NCBI GenBank assembly: GCA_964640965.1
Contig: CAZXJB010000001.1
Span: 6,150 to 70,149 of the forward strand
From: an uncultured Actinomycetes bacterium
GTDB taxonomy: Bacteria > Actinomycetota > UBA4738 > HRBIN12
Reading direction: 5' to 3'
DNA length: 64,000 bases
How positions within the stretch are numbered: the first letter of the stretch is position 1; each line of letters starts with the position of its first letter. The translations under genes were made by a program, and so were the position numbers. Shown here one piece after another: positions 1-8,481 of this stretch. The notes beneath the pieces are model-generated. The model ran no database searches. It saw only the letters and a list, made by a program, of their open reading frames with translations, and was not told the origin of the DNA.

Positions 1-565
1 TCACGAAGATCGGGAGCGCGACGAACGGCACCCACACGTACGCCAGGACGAGGTACACGGCGAACGGGCTGTAGAAGAGCCAGCGGATGCCCTCGTCCGG
101 ACCGATCAGCCCCGCGCTCCGCAGGAACGAGGTGATGAGCCCCTGCTCGCCGAGGATCACCCGCCAGGCGAGGACCCGGAGCAGGTAGCTGGTGAGGAAC
201 GGGGCGATGGTCACGAGCAGCAGCGTGTACTTCCGGCGCCCGGCCACGAGCGCGAGGAAGTAGGCGACCGGGTAGGCCATCACGAGCGAGGCGACCGAGA
301 CGATGAGCGACATGCGCACCGACTTCCAGAACAGGCCCAGGTAGACGTCGCTCTGCAGCAGGTCCGTCCAGGGGCGCAGGGACAGGTAGTGGTCCTGCGG
401 CAGCAGGGTGAGCGCCCCGACGCTGTAGGCGCCGACGAGCACGACCGGCACGACGAAGAACAGGACGAGGTAGCCGAGGGGTCCGGAGATCAGGCCCAGC
501 GTCGAGCGATCACGCCTCCGAGGCCGAGGCCGCGCACCCTCCGCCGCGAGCTCGATCGTGCCCAC
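1..565 (-). CDS. ABC transporter permease (PotB/PotC-like), partial; the C-terminus runs past the window start
   Basis: The minus-frame translation '...YLVLAYVWVPFVALPIFV' matches the conserved PotB mid-region and continues beyond base 1. A GTG start near 565 lies just downstream of the binding-protein stop. The protein is hydrophobic and TM-rich. Confidence 0.6.
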   Translation of the reverse strand, partial: MGTIELAAEGARPRPRRRDRSTLGLISGPLGYLVLFFVVPVVLVGAYSVGALTLLPQDHYLSLRPWTDLLQSDVYLGLFWKSVRMSLIVSVASLVMAYPVAYFLALVAGRRKYTLLLVTIAPFLTSYLLRVLAWRVILGEQGLITSFLRSAGLIGPDEGIRWLFYSPFAVYLVLAYVWVPFVALPIFV

Positions 566-579
566 CGCGCGCCTCCGAC

Positions 580-1644
580 TCAGGCGGCCTTGACCTCGTC
601 CCAGGCACGGTTGTACGCATCGCGGTTCGGCAGGTGCCGCCCGATCAGGCTCGCCGGCTCCGAGAGCGACCCGACAGGATCGTCGAGCCCGAAGACCTCG
701 ATCACCTCCGGGTCGAGGACGGACATATCGATCTTGAGGTTCGAGTGCCCGTAGCCCCACAGGCTCGTGAGCCGGGTCCCCACCGCCGGAGAGGCCCACG
801 CATCGGCGTACGCGTGCGCGTGGTGGTAGTTCTCGCTCTCGGCGTGGAGGATGAGCCCCTCGGCCCAGGACAGGACCCCCTCCTTCGGCTTGATGTAGGC
901 GACCGGGACCTCCTCGCGGAGCACCATCCACGCGTCCTGCCAGGCGTACGCGGCCCACACGTTGCCCTGGCGCACGTCATCCCACATCTGTGTGAAATCG
1001 ACCCAGATGCTGTGGACGTTCTTCTTCTTCTCGATGCAGTACTCCTTGCAGGCGTTCAGGTCCTCCGCCGTCATGTCGAAGACGTCGGACTCGACGCCGA
1101 GCACCAGGCCCGCCTGGATGAGGATCCACGGCGTGTCGAACCAGGAGATCCGCCCCTCGAGGGCGTCGTCGAACAGGTACGAGTACGAGTTGATGGACGG
1201 GTCGACGTGGTCGGTGCGGATGATCACCCCCGAGTACCCCCAGTCCAGCACGACCTCGTACTGCCTCCCGTCGAGCTGACCGAACGCCTGGAGGGCCGGG
1301 TTGAGGTCCGGCCAGTTCGAGATGAGGCTCGTGTCCCAGGGCTGGATGAGCCCGAGGTTCACGTAGTCCTGGATGTACTCGGTCTCGGGGTGCGACACGT
1401 CCCAGCGGTACCCGCCGGCGGTCTTCGCGATGGCCTGCTCGGTGTTGGTGAAGAAGGAGAACTTCGGCTCGGGGTAGCCCTTGCGGGCGTAGTCGCGCCA
1501 GATCCACTTCGCCTCGTAGCCCGCCCACTCGTACACGTGGAGCACACCCGGCTCCTCCTCGAGCGGGGGTCGCGTCGCCGTCGGGGAGGCCTCGCCCGGT
1601 CCCTCCGCGATCACGTTCTTCCGGCACGCGGCGAGCACGCCCAT
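580..1644 (-). CDS. ABC transporter substrate-binding lipoprotein, spermidine/putrescine PotD/PotF-like
   Basis: The 354-aa mature region resembles PotD-family binding proteins and carries a lipobox 'LAAC'. The N-terminal 230 codons of track ORF 580..2340 are Arg/Pro-rich wrong-frame sequence overlapping rpoD. The true start is ambiguous (ATG 1644, or a frameshifted ATG 1723 that has an AGGAGG RBS). Confidence 0.75.
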   Translation of the reverse strand: MGVLAACRKNVIAEGPGEASPTATRPPLEEEPGVLHVYEWAGYEAKWIWRDYARKGYPEPKFSFFTNTEQAIAKTAGGYRWDVSHPETEYIQDYVNLGLIQPWDTSLISNWPDLNPALQAFGQLDGRQYEVVLDWGYSGVIIRTDHVDPSINSYSYLFDDALEGRISWFDTPWILIQAGLVLGVESDVFDMTAEDLNACKEYCIEKKKNVHSIWVDFTQMWDDVRQGNVWAAYAWQDAWMVLREEVPVAYIKPKEGVLSWAEGLILHAESENYHHAHAYADAWASPAVGTRLTSLWGYGHSNLKIDMSVLDPEVIEVFGLDDPVGSLSEPASLIGRHLPNRDAYNRAWDEVKAA

Positions 1645-1799
1645 CCCGCCCGCCACCGCCAGGTACTTCAGGAACGCGCCGACCGGTCGGCGTCCGCAGC
1701 AGCGCGTCGAGCTCGCTCCGCATCCTCGCCTCCTGCCTCCGGGTTGGGCGGATGCTTGGGGCACGGGGTCCCGCCGCGCAAGGCCGTTGCGCGGCTCCG

Positions 1800-3122
1800 C
1801 TACTCGAGGTAGTCGCGGAGCTTCTGGCTGCGGCTGGGGTGCCGGAGCTTGGAGAGCGTCTTGCTCTCGATCTGCCGGATCCGCTCCCGGGTCACGCCGA
1901 ACTCGCGGCCGACCTCCTCCAGCGTGCGGGGATGCCCGTCGAGCAGCCCGAACCGGAGCTGGATGACCTTCTTCTCGCGCTCGGAGAGCGTGTGGAGCAC
2001 GGCCTCGAGCTGCTCCTGCAGCAGGATGAAGCTGGCCGCGTCGACGGGGACCACGGCGTCGGAGTCCTCGATGAAGTCGCCGAGGTGCGAGTCCTCCTCC
2101 TCCCCGATCGGCGTCTCGAGGCTGACCGGCTCCTGGCTCACCTTGAGGATCTCGCGGACCTTCTCGGCCGGGATGCCCATCTGCTTGCCGATCTCCTCCG
2201 CCGTGGGCTCGCGACCGAGGTCCTGCAGCAGCTGGCGCTGGATGCGCACGAGCTTGTTGATGGTCTCGACCATGTGCACGGGGATCCGGATGGTGCGCGC
2301 CTGGTCGGCGATCGCGCGCGTGATGGCCTGGCGGATCCACCAGGTGGCGTACGTGGAGAACTTGTAGCCCTTGGAGTAGTCGAACTTCTCGACGGCGCGG
2401 ATCAGGCCGAGGTTGCCCTCCTGGATGAGGTCCAGGAACAGCATCCCGCGCCCCACGTAGCGCTTGGCGATCGAGACCACCAGGCGGAGGTTGGCCTCGA
2501 TGAGCTTGCGCTTGGCGAGCTGGCCGTCCCGCTCCACCCGCCGGAGGAAGTCGTCCAGCTCCTCCCGCGTCTTCGGCTTCCAGGACTTGGTGATGCGGTC
2601 CCGGCCGATCCCCTCCACCTTGCCGAACCGCTCCTGCTGGTGCTCGCGGATCGCGACGACCGCCTCGAGCACGCGCCGCAGCTGCTTGCCGTCGACCTTG
2701 CCGTCGCCCTCCACGGCCTCACGCAGGGCCGTCGCGAACTCGCCCGCCTCGATCCGCCGCGCGAGATCGACCTCCTGGGCCGCGTTCAGGAGCGGCACCT
2801 TGCCGATCTCCTTCAGGTACATGCGGACGGGGTCGTTCGTCGGCGCCTTCAGGAGATCGACCTCGAGCGCGCGCTGCGCCGCGACGTCGGTCTCGTCGCC
2901 GGGGAGCTCGATCACCTCGATGCCCTCGCCGCGCAGGTGCTCCTCCACCTGCGAGAGGAACTCCTCGAGCTGCTCGGGCGAGAACTCCTCGACGGGCACG
3001 GCCTCGAGGAGGTCGTCGGAGGTCACGAACCCGCGCTCACGGCCGCGAGCGGTGATGGCCTCCTTCGCTTCCTCGAGACCCAGATCGCGGGCCGCTTCCG
3101 TCAAACGAGGCTCCTCGCGCAT
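1800..3122 (-). CDS. rpoD: RNA polymerase principal sigma factor (sigma-70, RpoD/SigA)
   Basis: Regions 1.2-4 are conserved ('[29 protein letters not shown]', '[19 protein letters not shown]'). The start is taken at ATG 3122 ('MREEPRL'). The upstream 75 codons of the track ORF look like spurious low-complexity sequence. Confidence 0.9.
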   Translation of the reverse strand: MREEPRLTEAARDLGLEEAKEAITARGRERGFVTSDDLLEAVPVEEFSPEQLEEFLSQVEEHLRGEGIEVIELPGDETDVAAQRALEVDLLKAPTNDPVRMYLKEIGKVPLLNAAQEVDLARRIEAGEFATALREAVEGDGKVDGKQLRRVLEAVVAIREHQQERFGKVEGIGRDRITKSWKPKTREELDDFLRRVERDGQLAKRKLIEANLRLVVSIAKRYVGRGMLFLDLIQEGNLGLIRAVEKFDYSKGYKFSTYATWWIRQAITRAIADQARTIRIPVHMVETINKLVRIQRQLLQDLGREPTAEEIGKQMGIPAEKVREILKVSQEPVSLETPIGEEEDSHLGDFIEDSDAVVPVDAASFILLQEQLEAVLHTLSEREKKVIQLRFGLLDGHPRTLEEVGREFGVTRERIRQIESKTLSKLRHPSRSQKLRDYLE

Positions 3123-3172
3123 CGGTCCGAACGCTCGGGAAGTGTACGAGATGGCACCGACGGCGACCCCCG

Positions 3173-4954
3173 TCACACGGCGGGGACGCCCCGCCCCTCC
3201 CGGAGGCGGCGCAGGCGTCCGTCCGTCTCGATCAGCTCGCGGAACAGCTCGTCGTAGCCGGCGTCGGTGGTGGGGTTCATGCTCTGGAGCCGTCGGCGGA
3301 GCTCCTCGCTGCGACGTCGGAGCCGGAACTCCTCGAGGCGGCTCCACACCTCCTCGGCGTAGCCCGGGACGGCCTCCCCGTCGAGCGGCTCGAGCGCGAG
3401 GGCCGAGAGCGACCGCACCACGCGCTCGTCGCCTTCGGCGACCGCCCGGCGCAGGTCCCCGCCCACCGAGCGCAGGGCCGCGAACAGGGTCCGGGCCGTC
3501 CGGGTCTGGAAGTGCTCCTCGCTCAGACGCTCCCCGATCGCGCGATAGACGCCCTCGTCCCGCGCGAGCAGGCGCAGCATCTCCCGCTCGACCCGCTCCT
3601 GGGCGGTGGCGCGCGTGATCGCCTTCTCGGGCGCCACCGGTCGGCCCTCGCGCCGGCGCTGGAGCGCGAGCACGACCGAGCCCTCGGTCACCCCGACGAG
3701 CTCGGCGAGCAGGTGGGCGTACTCCGAGAGGCGGACGGGGTCGGTCAACCCCTCGAGCAGCGGCAGGGCCGCCGCCACCGCCGCGGCCTGGCCCTCGACC
3801 GTGGTCAGGTCGTGCCGTCCCACCACCCGGCGGAGCATGTACTCGACGAGGGGCTCCGCGGCAGCCGCCCGCTCCCGGAATGCCCGGCCGCCGTGGGTCC
3901 GGACGAAGTCGGCGGGGTCCTCGCCCTCGGGCAGGATCAGCACCACCGGCCGCAGCGGGTAGGTCTCCAGGAACGCGAAGGCCCGCTCGGCGGCGCGGGC
4001 GCCCGCCTCGTCGGAGTCGAAGGCGAGCACCATCCGCTGCGCGAACCGGGAGGCCGCGCGGAAGTGGCCCTCGCCCAGGGCGGTGCCGCAGGTCGCGACC
4101 ACGTTGTCAACCCCGGCCATGGCGAGCGCGATCACGTCGGTGTAGCCCTCGACCACCACGATCTCGCCGGTGCGGGCCACGGCCGCCTTCGCGCGGTGCA
4201 GGTTGTAGAGCACCTCCCCCTTGCGGTAGATGGGCGTCTCCGGCGAGTTCAGGTACTTCGGCCCGTCATCGCGCGCCCCCGGCAGCGCCCGAGCGCCGAA
4301 CCCCACGGCCCTGCCGGCGAGGTCGTGCACGGGGAACGTGACGCGGCCGCGGAAGCGGTCCCGCACGTTCCCATCGGCGTCGCGGAGCGCCAGCCCGGCC
4401 TCGAGGAGGATCTCGGTCGACAGCGAGCGCGCGAGCCGCCGGAGCAGGAAGTCCGGGTAGCCGGGCGCGTAGCCGATGCCGAACGCCTCCCACGCCTCGC
4501 GCTCGAACCCCCGCGAGCGCAGGTACGCGCGGGCCTCCTCGGCCTCGCGCCCCTCGAGGAGCATGCGGTGGTACAGGGCGGCGGCCTGCTCGTTCGCGCG
4601 GTGGAGCGCCTGGCGGCGGGAGGCGGCGCGGCGCTCGGCCGGGGAATCGCCCTCGTACCGGAGCGTGAGGCCCGCCTCCTTGGCCAGGCGCTCGACCGCC
4701 TCGGTGAACTCCAGGTGCTCGATCTGGCGCAGGAACGTGATGGCGTCGCCGCCGGCCCCGCAGCCGAAGCAGTAGAAGACCCCCTTGCTCGGCGAGACCG
4801 AGAACGAGGGGGTCTTCTCGGCGTGGAACGGGCACAGGCCGCTGTAGGCATCGTGCCCGGTCTTCTTGAGGGCGAGGTAGCCCGAGACGAGCTTCACGAT
4901 GTCGGTCCGCTCCCGGACCGCCTCGAGGTCCTCCTGCCTGATCCTCCCGGCCAC
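3173..4954 (-). CDS. dnaG: DNA primase DnaG
   Basis: It has the zinc-ribbon and TOPRIM motifs '[34 protein letters not shown]' and 'EGYTDVIAL'. A GTG start at 4954 has a purine-rich RBS. The first ~306 codons of track ORF 3173..5872 are wrong-frame. Confidence 0.9.
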   Translation of the reverse strand: MAGRIRQEDLEAVRERTDIVKLVSGYLALKKTGHDAYSGLCPFHAEKTPSFSVSPSKGVFYCFGCGAGGDAITFLRQIEHLEFTEAVERLAKEAGLTLRYEGDSPAERRAASRRQALHRANEQAAALYHRMLLEGREAEEARAYLRSRGFEREAWEAFGIGYAPGYPDFLLRRLARSLSTEILLEAGLALRDADGNVRDRFRGRVTFPVHDLAGRAVGFGARALPGARDDGPKYLNSPETPIYRKGEVLYNLHRAKAAVARTGEIVVVEGYTDVIALAMAGVDNVVATCGTALGEGHFRAASRFAQRMVLAFDSDEAGARAAERAFAFLETYPLRPVVLILPEGEDPADFVRTHGGRAFRERAAAAEPLVEYMLRRVVGRHDLTTVEGQAAAVAAALPLLEGLTDPVRLSEYAHLLAELVGVTEGSVVLALQRRREGRPVAPEKAITRATAQERVEREMLRLLARDEGVYRAIGERLSEEHFQTRTARTLFAALRSVGGDLRRAVAEGDERVVRSLSALALEPLDGEAVPGYAEEVWSRLEEFRLRRRSEELRRRLQSMNPTTDAGYDELFRELIETDGRLRRLREGRGVPAV

Positions 4955-4989
4955 GCTCGTCCTCTCCCGGAGCGGCCGCGGACGCGGCC

Positions 4990-6000
4990 CTACAGCATCC
5001 AGCCCTGGGGAAGGAAGAGCTGCTCGTACACGCGGAGGGCGTACCGATCCGTCATGCCGGCGATGTAGTCGGCGATGCGGGTCGGCAGGTCGCCCGGAGC
5101 CCGATGGTACTCCTCCGGGACGGCCTCGGGATGCTCGAGGTAGTAGGAGAACAGGGTCCGGACGAGCGCGATGGCCTTCTCCTGCTCCGATCGCGCCTCG
5201 GGCCGCAGGTAGACGCGCTCGAAGAGGAACCCCCGCAGGACGTCGAGCGCGTGGGCCACCGGCTCGGAGAGCCGGACCTCGGGGCCCTCGGCGCTCGAGC
5301 GCACGAGGTCCGTGACCAGGGTGTCGATGCGCCGCCCGTGGGTCGGACCGAGCACCTCGAGCACCTCCGCCGGCAGGTCCTCGGGCCCAAGGACCCCGGC
5401 TCGGACGGCGTCGTCGACGTCGTGGTTCACGTACGCGATCCGGTCCGCGAGGCGCACCACGGCGGCCTCGGGGGTCGCCGGCGGCGGCGTCGACCAGGGG
5501 TGGTGCAGGATCCCGTCCCGGACCTCCCAGGTCAGGTTGAGCCCCCGCCCCTCGTTCTCCAGGTGGTCCACGACCCGGAGGCTCTGCTCGTTGTGCCGGA
5601 ACGGGCGCCCGAGGAACGGCGAGAGCGCCTCCTCGCCGAGGTGCCCGAACGGCGTGTGGCCGAGGTCGTGCCCGAGCGCGATCGCCTCGGTGAGGTCCTC
5701 GTTCAGGCGCAGCGCCCGGGCGGCGGTGCGCGCGATCTGGGCCACCTCGAGCGTGTGCGTGAGCCGCACGCGGTAGTGGTCGCCCTCGGGGGCGAGGAAC
5801 ACCTGCGTCTTGTGCTTGAGCCGTCGGAACGCCTTGGAGTGGACGATGCGGTCGCGGTCGCGCTGGAAGCACGTCCGCAGGGGGTCGAGCGGCTCCTCGC
5901 GCTCGCGGCCCTTGCTCGCCTCCGAACGCGTGGCGTGCGGCGCGAGCGTCTCGCGCTCGATGCGCTCGGTCACCTCCCGTGGGCTCGCCATGCCCCGCAT
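4990..6000 (-). CDS. dgt: dGTP triphosphohydrolase-like HD-domain protein
   Basis: An HD motif ('HTLEVAQIAR', 'GHDLGHTPFGH') is present. It lies in the dgt-dnaG-rpoD arrangement typical of Actinobacteria. Confidence 0.85.
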   Translation of the reverse strand: MRGMASPREVTERIERETLAPHATRSEASKGREREEPLDPLRTCFQRDRDRIVHSKAFRRLKHKTQVFLAPEGDHYRVRLTHTLEVAQIARTAARALRLNEDLTEAIALGHDLGHTPFGHLGEEALSPFLGRPFRHNEQSLRVVDHLENEGRGLNLTWEVRDGILHHPWSTPPPATPEAAVVRLADRIAYVNHDVDDAVRAGVLGPEDLPAEVLEVLGPTHGRRIDTLVTDLVRSSAEGPEVRLSEPVAHALDVLRGFLFERVYLRPEARSEQEKAIALVRTLFSYYLEHPEAVPEEYHRAPGDLPTRIADYIAGMTDRYALRVYEQLFLPQGWML

Positions 6001-6030
6001 GCTAGCGCGGGGGGCCGACGCGGCCGCCGG

Positions 6031-6660
6031 TCACTCGCCGAGCACGCGGTAGTACAGGTACGCGAAGACCTCCCGGAGGTACCCCTCGAGCCGGGTCCGC
6101 CGCGAGCGCGCGGCGGAGCGCCAGGTCGCCGAGACGTACGCCTCGATCCCGAGGTCCCGCGCCATCCGGCGGATCCGCAGGTTGTGCCACGGGTCCGAGA
6201 CGAGGAAGGCCGAGACGAGGCCCCGCTCGCGCATCCACGAGGCCGCCGCGCGGAGGCTCTCCAGGGTGGTCGAGCCGACCGGCAGCGCCACCACCGCCTC
6301 CGGCGGCAGGCCGTGGTCGAGGAGCCACGCGCGGCCGGCCTCGGCCTCCGTCGAGACGTCGCCGAGCCGTCCGGCGCCGAGCACGAGCACCCGCTCGGCG
6401 CGTCCCTGCCGGTACAGGAGGGCGGCGTGCTCCAGGCGCCCCTCGAACACCGGCGAGGGCGCCCCCTGGTACTGGGCCGCCCCCAGGACCACGATCGCGT
6501 CCGCGCGATCGATCTCGCTCGCGTCGTCGTGGTGCGCCGCCGCCCACACCGCCCACGCGGTGAGGCCGAGGACCGCCCCGGCCCCGAGCGCGAGCAGGAG
6601 CGCGAGGCTCGCGACCGGGTGGCGCAGCGGGAAGCGGACGAGGCGGGCGGCGGTCCCCAC
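6031..6660 (-). CDS. DUF218/YdcF (ElyC/SanA-like) membrane-associated protein
   Basis: An N-terminal TM segment is followed by a 'VVLGAAQYQG...LVSDPWHNLR' DUF218-like core. A GTG start is proposed at 6660. Confidence 0.55.
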   Translation of the reverse strand: MGTAARLVRFPLRHPVASLALLLALGAGAVLGLTAWAVWAAAHHDDASEIDRADAIVVLGAAQYQGAPSPVFEGRLEHAALLYRQGRAERVLVLGAGRLGDVSTEAEAGRAWLLDHGLPPEAVVALPVGSTTLESLRAAASWMRERGLVSAFLVSDPWHNLRIRRMARDLGIEAYVSATWRSAARSRRTRLEGYLREVFAYLYYRVLGE

Positions 6661-6733
6661 GGGTCGATGGTAGCCACCCCGGGGGTGGTCGCCCTGGGGT
6701 GATCGCCCGGGGGAACCGCCGCCCCCGCCACGG

Positions 6734-7186
6734 TCAGCCGGTGGGGAGCACGCCCGCCTCACGGAGGACCGTCAGGAACCCCCGCCGGGTGAACCCGCTG
6801 CCGAGCGCGGCCCGCCGCCCGCACGGCCCCGGGACCTGCCAGCTGAGGACCCAGGTGCGCTCCGAGCCGCGCAGCACACCCTCCACGCCGGGCGCGGCCT
6901 CGACCGAGCCGGCGACGGGCAGCCCCTCGCCGAACTCCCCCGGGATCCCGGCGAAGAGATGGATCTCCCGGCCATCCTCGCTCACCAGGCCGACGCGGGT
7001 CCCGATGTGATCCGGGTACGGGTCCCGGAGCGACTCCGCGACCTGGAACCCCGCGGGCGACCCGATCCCCAACTCGCACACCGGGCGCTCGTCGTGGGGT
7101 TCCCCGTCCACGTCGGCGCCGACCGTGCACCCGGAGATCACGAGGCCCGCGAGGACCGACGCCGCGAGACGGATGCCCCGCCTCAC
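6734..7186 (-). CDS. hypothetical lipoprotein
   Basis: It has a signal peptide with lipobox 'LVISGC'. No homology was recognised. Confidence 0.5.
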   Translation of the reverse strand: MRRGIRLAASVLAGLVISGCTVGADVDGEPHDERPVCELGIGSPAGFQVAESLRDPYPDHIGTRVGLVSEDGREIHLFAGIPGEFGEGLPVAGSVEAAPGVEGVLRGSERTWVLSWQVPGPCGRRAALGSGFTRRGFLTVLREAGVLPTG

Positions 7187-7680
7187 GGCAGCGAGGCCGG
7201 GATCGGCCCGACCAGCGGCCCCGAGCCGTCGGGCGCCGCCTCCTGTCCGAGTCCCGCGTACAGCCCGCCGAGCGAGCGGACCCGCTCCGCGAGGATCGTC
7301 GCGGGATGCCCCGCGGCGCTCATCGCCTCGGCGAACTCCCGCGCCCCCTCCTCGGTCCGGAAGGCGGAGACGAGCGCGAACTCGCCCGCCCGTCCAACCT
7401 GCTCGCGGAAGCCCTGGAACTGCGCCACCGGAACGACGTAGTAGCCCTGCACATCCCCGAGCCCCATGGCGCGGTTCGCGGCCTCGGCCTCCTCACGCGT
7501 CTCGAACACCCCGCCGACGACGAGCACGAGCATCTCCCCCGCGCCCGTGTCCGGCTTCATCGTCGCGGGGACCCGCGGCACCTCCGGCCCGGGGGCGGTC
7601 CGCGCGACGACCGCCACCCCGGTGATCAGCGCGAGCACGCCGGCCGCCCAGACCGCCGCGCGGAGCAACGTCTTCCTCAT
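7183..7680 (-). CDS. secreted hypothetical protein, possibly SPOR-like peptidoglycan-binding
   Basis: A strong RBS GAGAGGAGGA precedes ATG 7680 with a 5-nt spacer. A signal peptide 'MRKTLLRAAVWAAGVLALITG' is present. The C-terminal 'YYVVPVAQFQGFREQ...FALVSAFRTEEGAREFAEAM' loosely resembles a SPOR repeat. Confidence 0.5.
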   Translation of the reverse strand: MRKTLLRAAVWAAGVLALITGVAVVARTAPGPEVPRVPATMKPDTGAGEMLVLVVGGVFETREEAEAANRAMGLGDVQGYYVVPVAQFQGFREQVGRAGEFALVSAFRTEEGAREFAEAMSAAGHPATILAERVRSLGGLYAGLGQEAAPDGSGPLVGPIPASLP

Positions 7681-7694
7681 CGCATCCTCCTCTC

Positions 7695-8315
7695 TCAGTA
7701 GCCGAACGCGTACTGGAAGTGCATGGGGTCGCAGAAGTCCAGGCCCCAGCGCCACCCGTGGTCCTTGAAGATGTAGGCGAAGTTCTTGTTCGTCGTGCTC
7801 GTGCACGAGCCCATCGGCTCGTACGAGGCCGAGATGTCGACGGCGATGCCCCACGCGTGGGTGCTCCAGGTCGTGGTGCCGTCGATGTACCGACACAGGT
7901 ACCCCCAGATCCCGCTCTTCGTGTACTGGCCGAGGTGCGCGTTCTGGATGTGGCCGTACACGTCGTTGTCCAGGTTGGTCGAGACGCCGCCCTTGCCCGA
8001 GACCATCTCCGTGCGGTAGCCGCCGAGCTTCTTGTGGAAGCGGATCCGGTAGGTCTTGCCGTTGTCGGCGGCCGTCCAGTCCATCCAGACCTTGGAGGCG
8101 GCGTCGCTGCAGGGCTGGCCGAACCGGTTGACGATCTGCGTGTAGCCGGTCGGCGTGGCCGGGTAGTTGTAGTGCCAGTCGCGCCAGCCCGCCTTCTGCC
8201 AGTGCCACCCGAGCGCGAGCGGCGCGAGCGCGACGAGCGCGACCACCACCGTGAGGGGGAGGAGGCGCGGCCTGCGACGGCCGCGGTCGGGGCGAGCGGA
8301 GCTGCCCATGTCCAC
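7695..8315 (-). CDS. secreted M15-family (VanY / D-Ala-D-Ala carboxypeptidase-like) zinc peptidase
   Basis: A signal/TM segment is followed by the metal-binding motifs 'STHAWGIAVDI' (SxHxxGxAxD) and 'DPMHFQY'. An AGGAGG RBS sits upstream. Confidence 0.6.
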   Translation of the reverse strand: MDMGSSARPDRGRRRPRLLPLTVVVALVALAPLALGWHWQKAGWRDWHYNYPATPTGYTQIVNRFGQPCSDAASKVWMDWTAADNGKTYRIRFHKKLGGYRTEMVSGKGGVSTNLDNDVYGHIQNAHLGQYTKSGIWGYLCRYIDGTTTWSTHAWGIAVDISASYEPMGSCTSTTNKNFAYIFKDHGWRWGLDFCDPMHFQYAFGY

Positions 8316-8330
8316 CTCCTCTGACTCGTG

Positions 8331-8382
8331 GGGGAGTCCTACGGGGGAGTCCTACGGGGGAGTCCCACGGGGGAGTCCCACG
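8331..8382. repeat. 13-bp direct tandem repeat x4 (GGGGAGTCC[T/C]ACG) plus a degenerate fifth unit, in the 5' leader of the M15 peptidase gene
   Basis: The repeat is read directly: ggggagtcctacg x2, then ggggagtcccacg x2, then ggggaggcgggga. Confidence 0.9.
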
Positions 8383-8481
8383 GGGGAGGCGGGGAGGACG
8401 CGAGCCTACCTCGCGGGGCGCGCTCGCGCATCGCCCGCCCGGGGGAGATCGCGCCCCGAGGCGGGGGATTCGACGCTCCGG

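Noticed and set aside
1752-3257. A 501-aa plus-strand ORF, and similar long plus-strand ORFs at 3512..5068, 5104..6702, 8251..11400 (1049 aa), 10892..12700, 14566..16944, 17967..20267, 35980..38550, 38487..39932, 41934..44723, 45884..47857, 50771..52915 and 55148..56986
   Set aside because: All lie antisense to recognisable genes (rpoD, dnaG, dgt, ppdK, glyS, ALDH, GS-like and others). Their translations are Arg/Pro/Gly/Ala-rich low-complexity strings with no motifs. This is the expected open-frame artefact in ~72% GC DNA.
3173-5872. N-terminal extensions of track ORFs, for example dnaG as 899 aa, phoH-adjacent frames, rpoD as 515 aa, the FGGY kinase as 824 aa, the MDR dehydrogenase as 494 aa, the PucR regulator as 822 aa, uppS as 504 aa, and the aminotransferase/GATase frames 39824..41563 and 41185..43389
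   Set aside because: The upstream portions are low-complexity, overlap neighbouring genes and lack an RBS. Conserved N-terminal motifs begin at internal GTG/ATG codons with Shine-Dalgarno sequences or 4-nt overlaps.
8331-8382. CRISPR array
   Set aside because: The 13-bp units are contiguous with no spacers and number only four copies. No cas genes are nearby. This is a simple tandem repeat.
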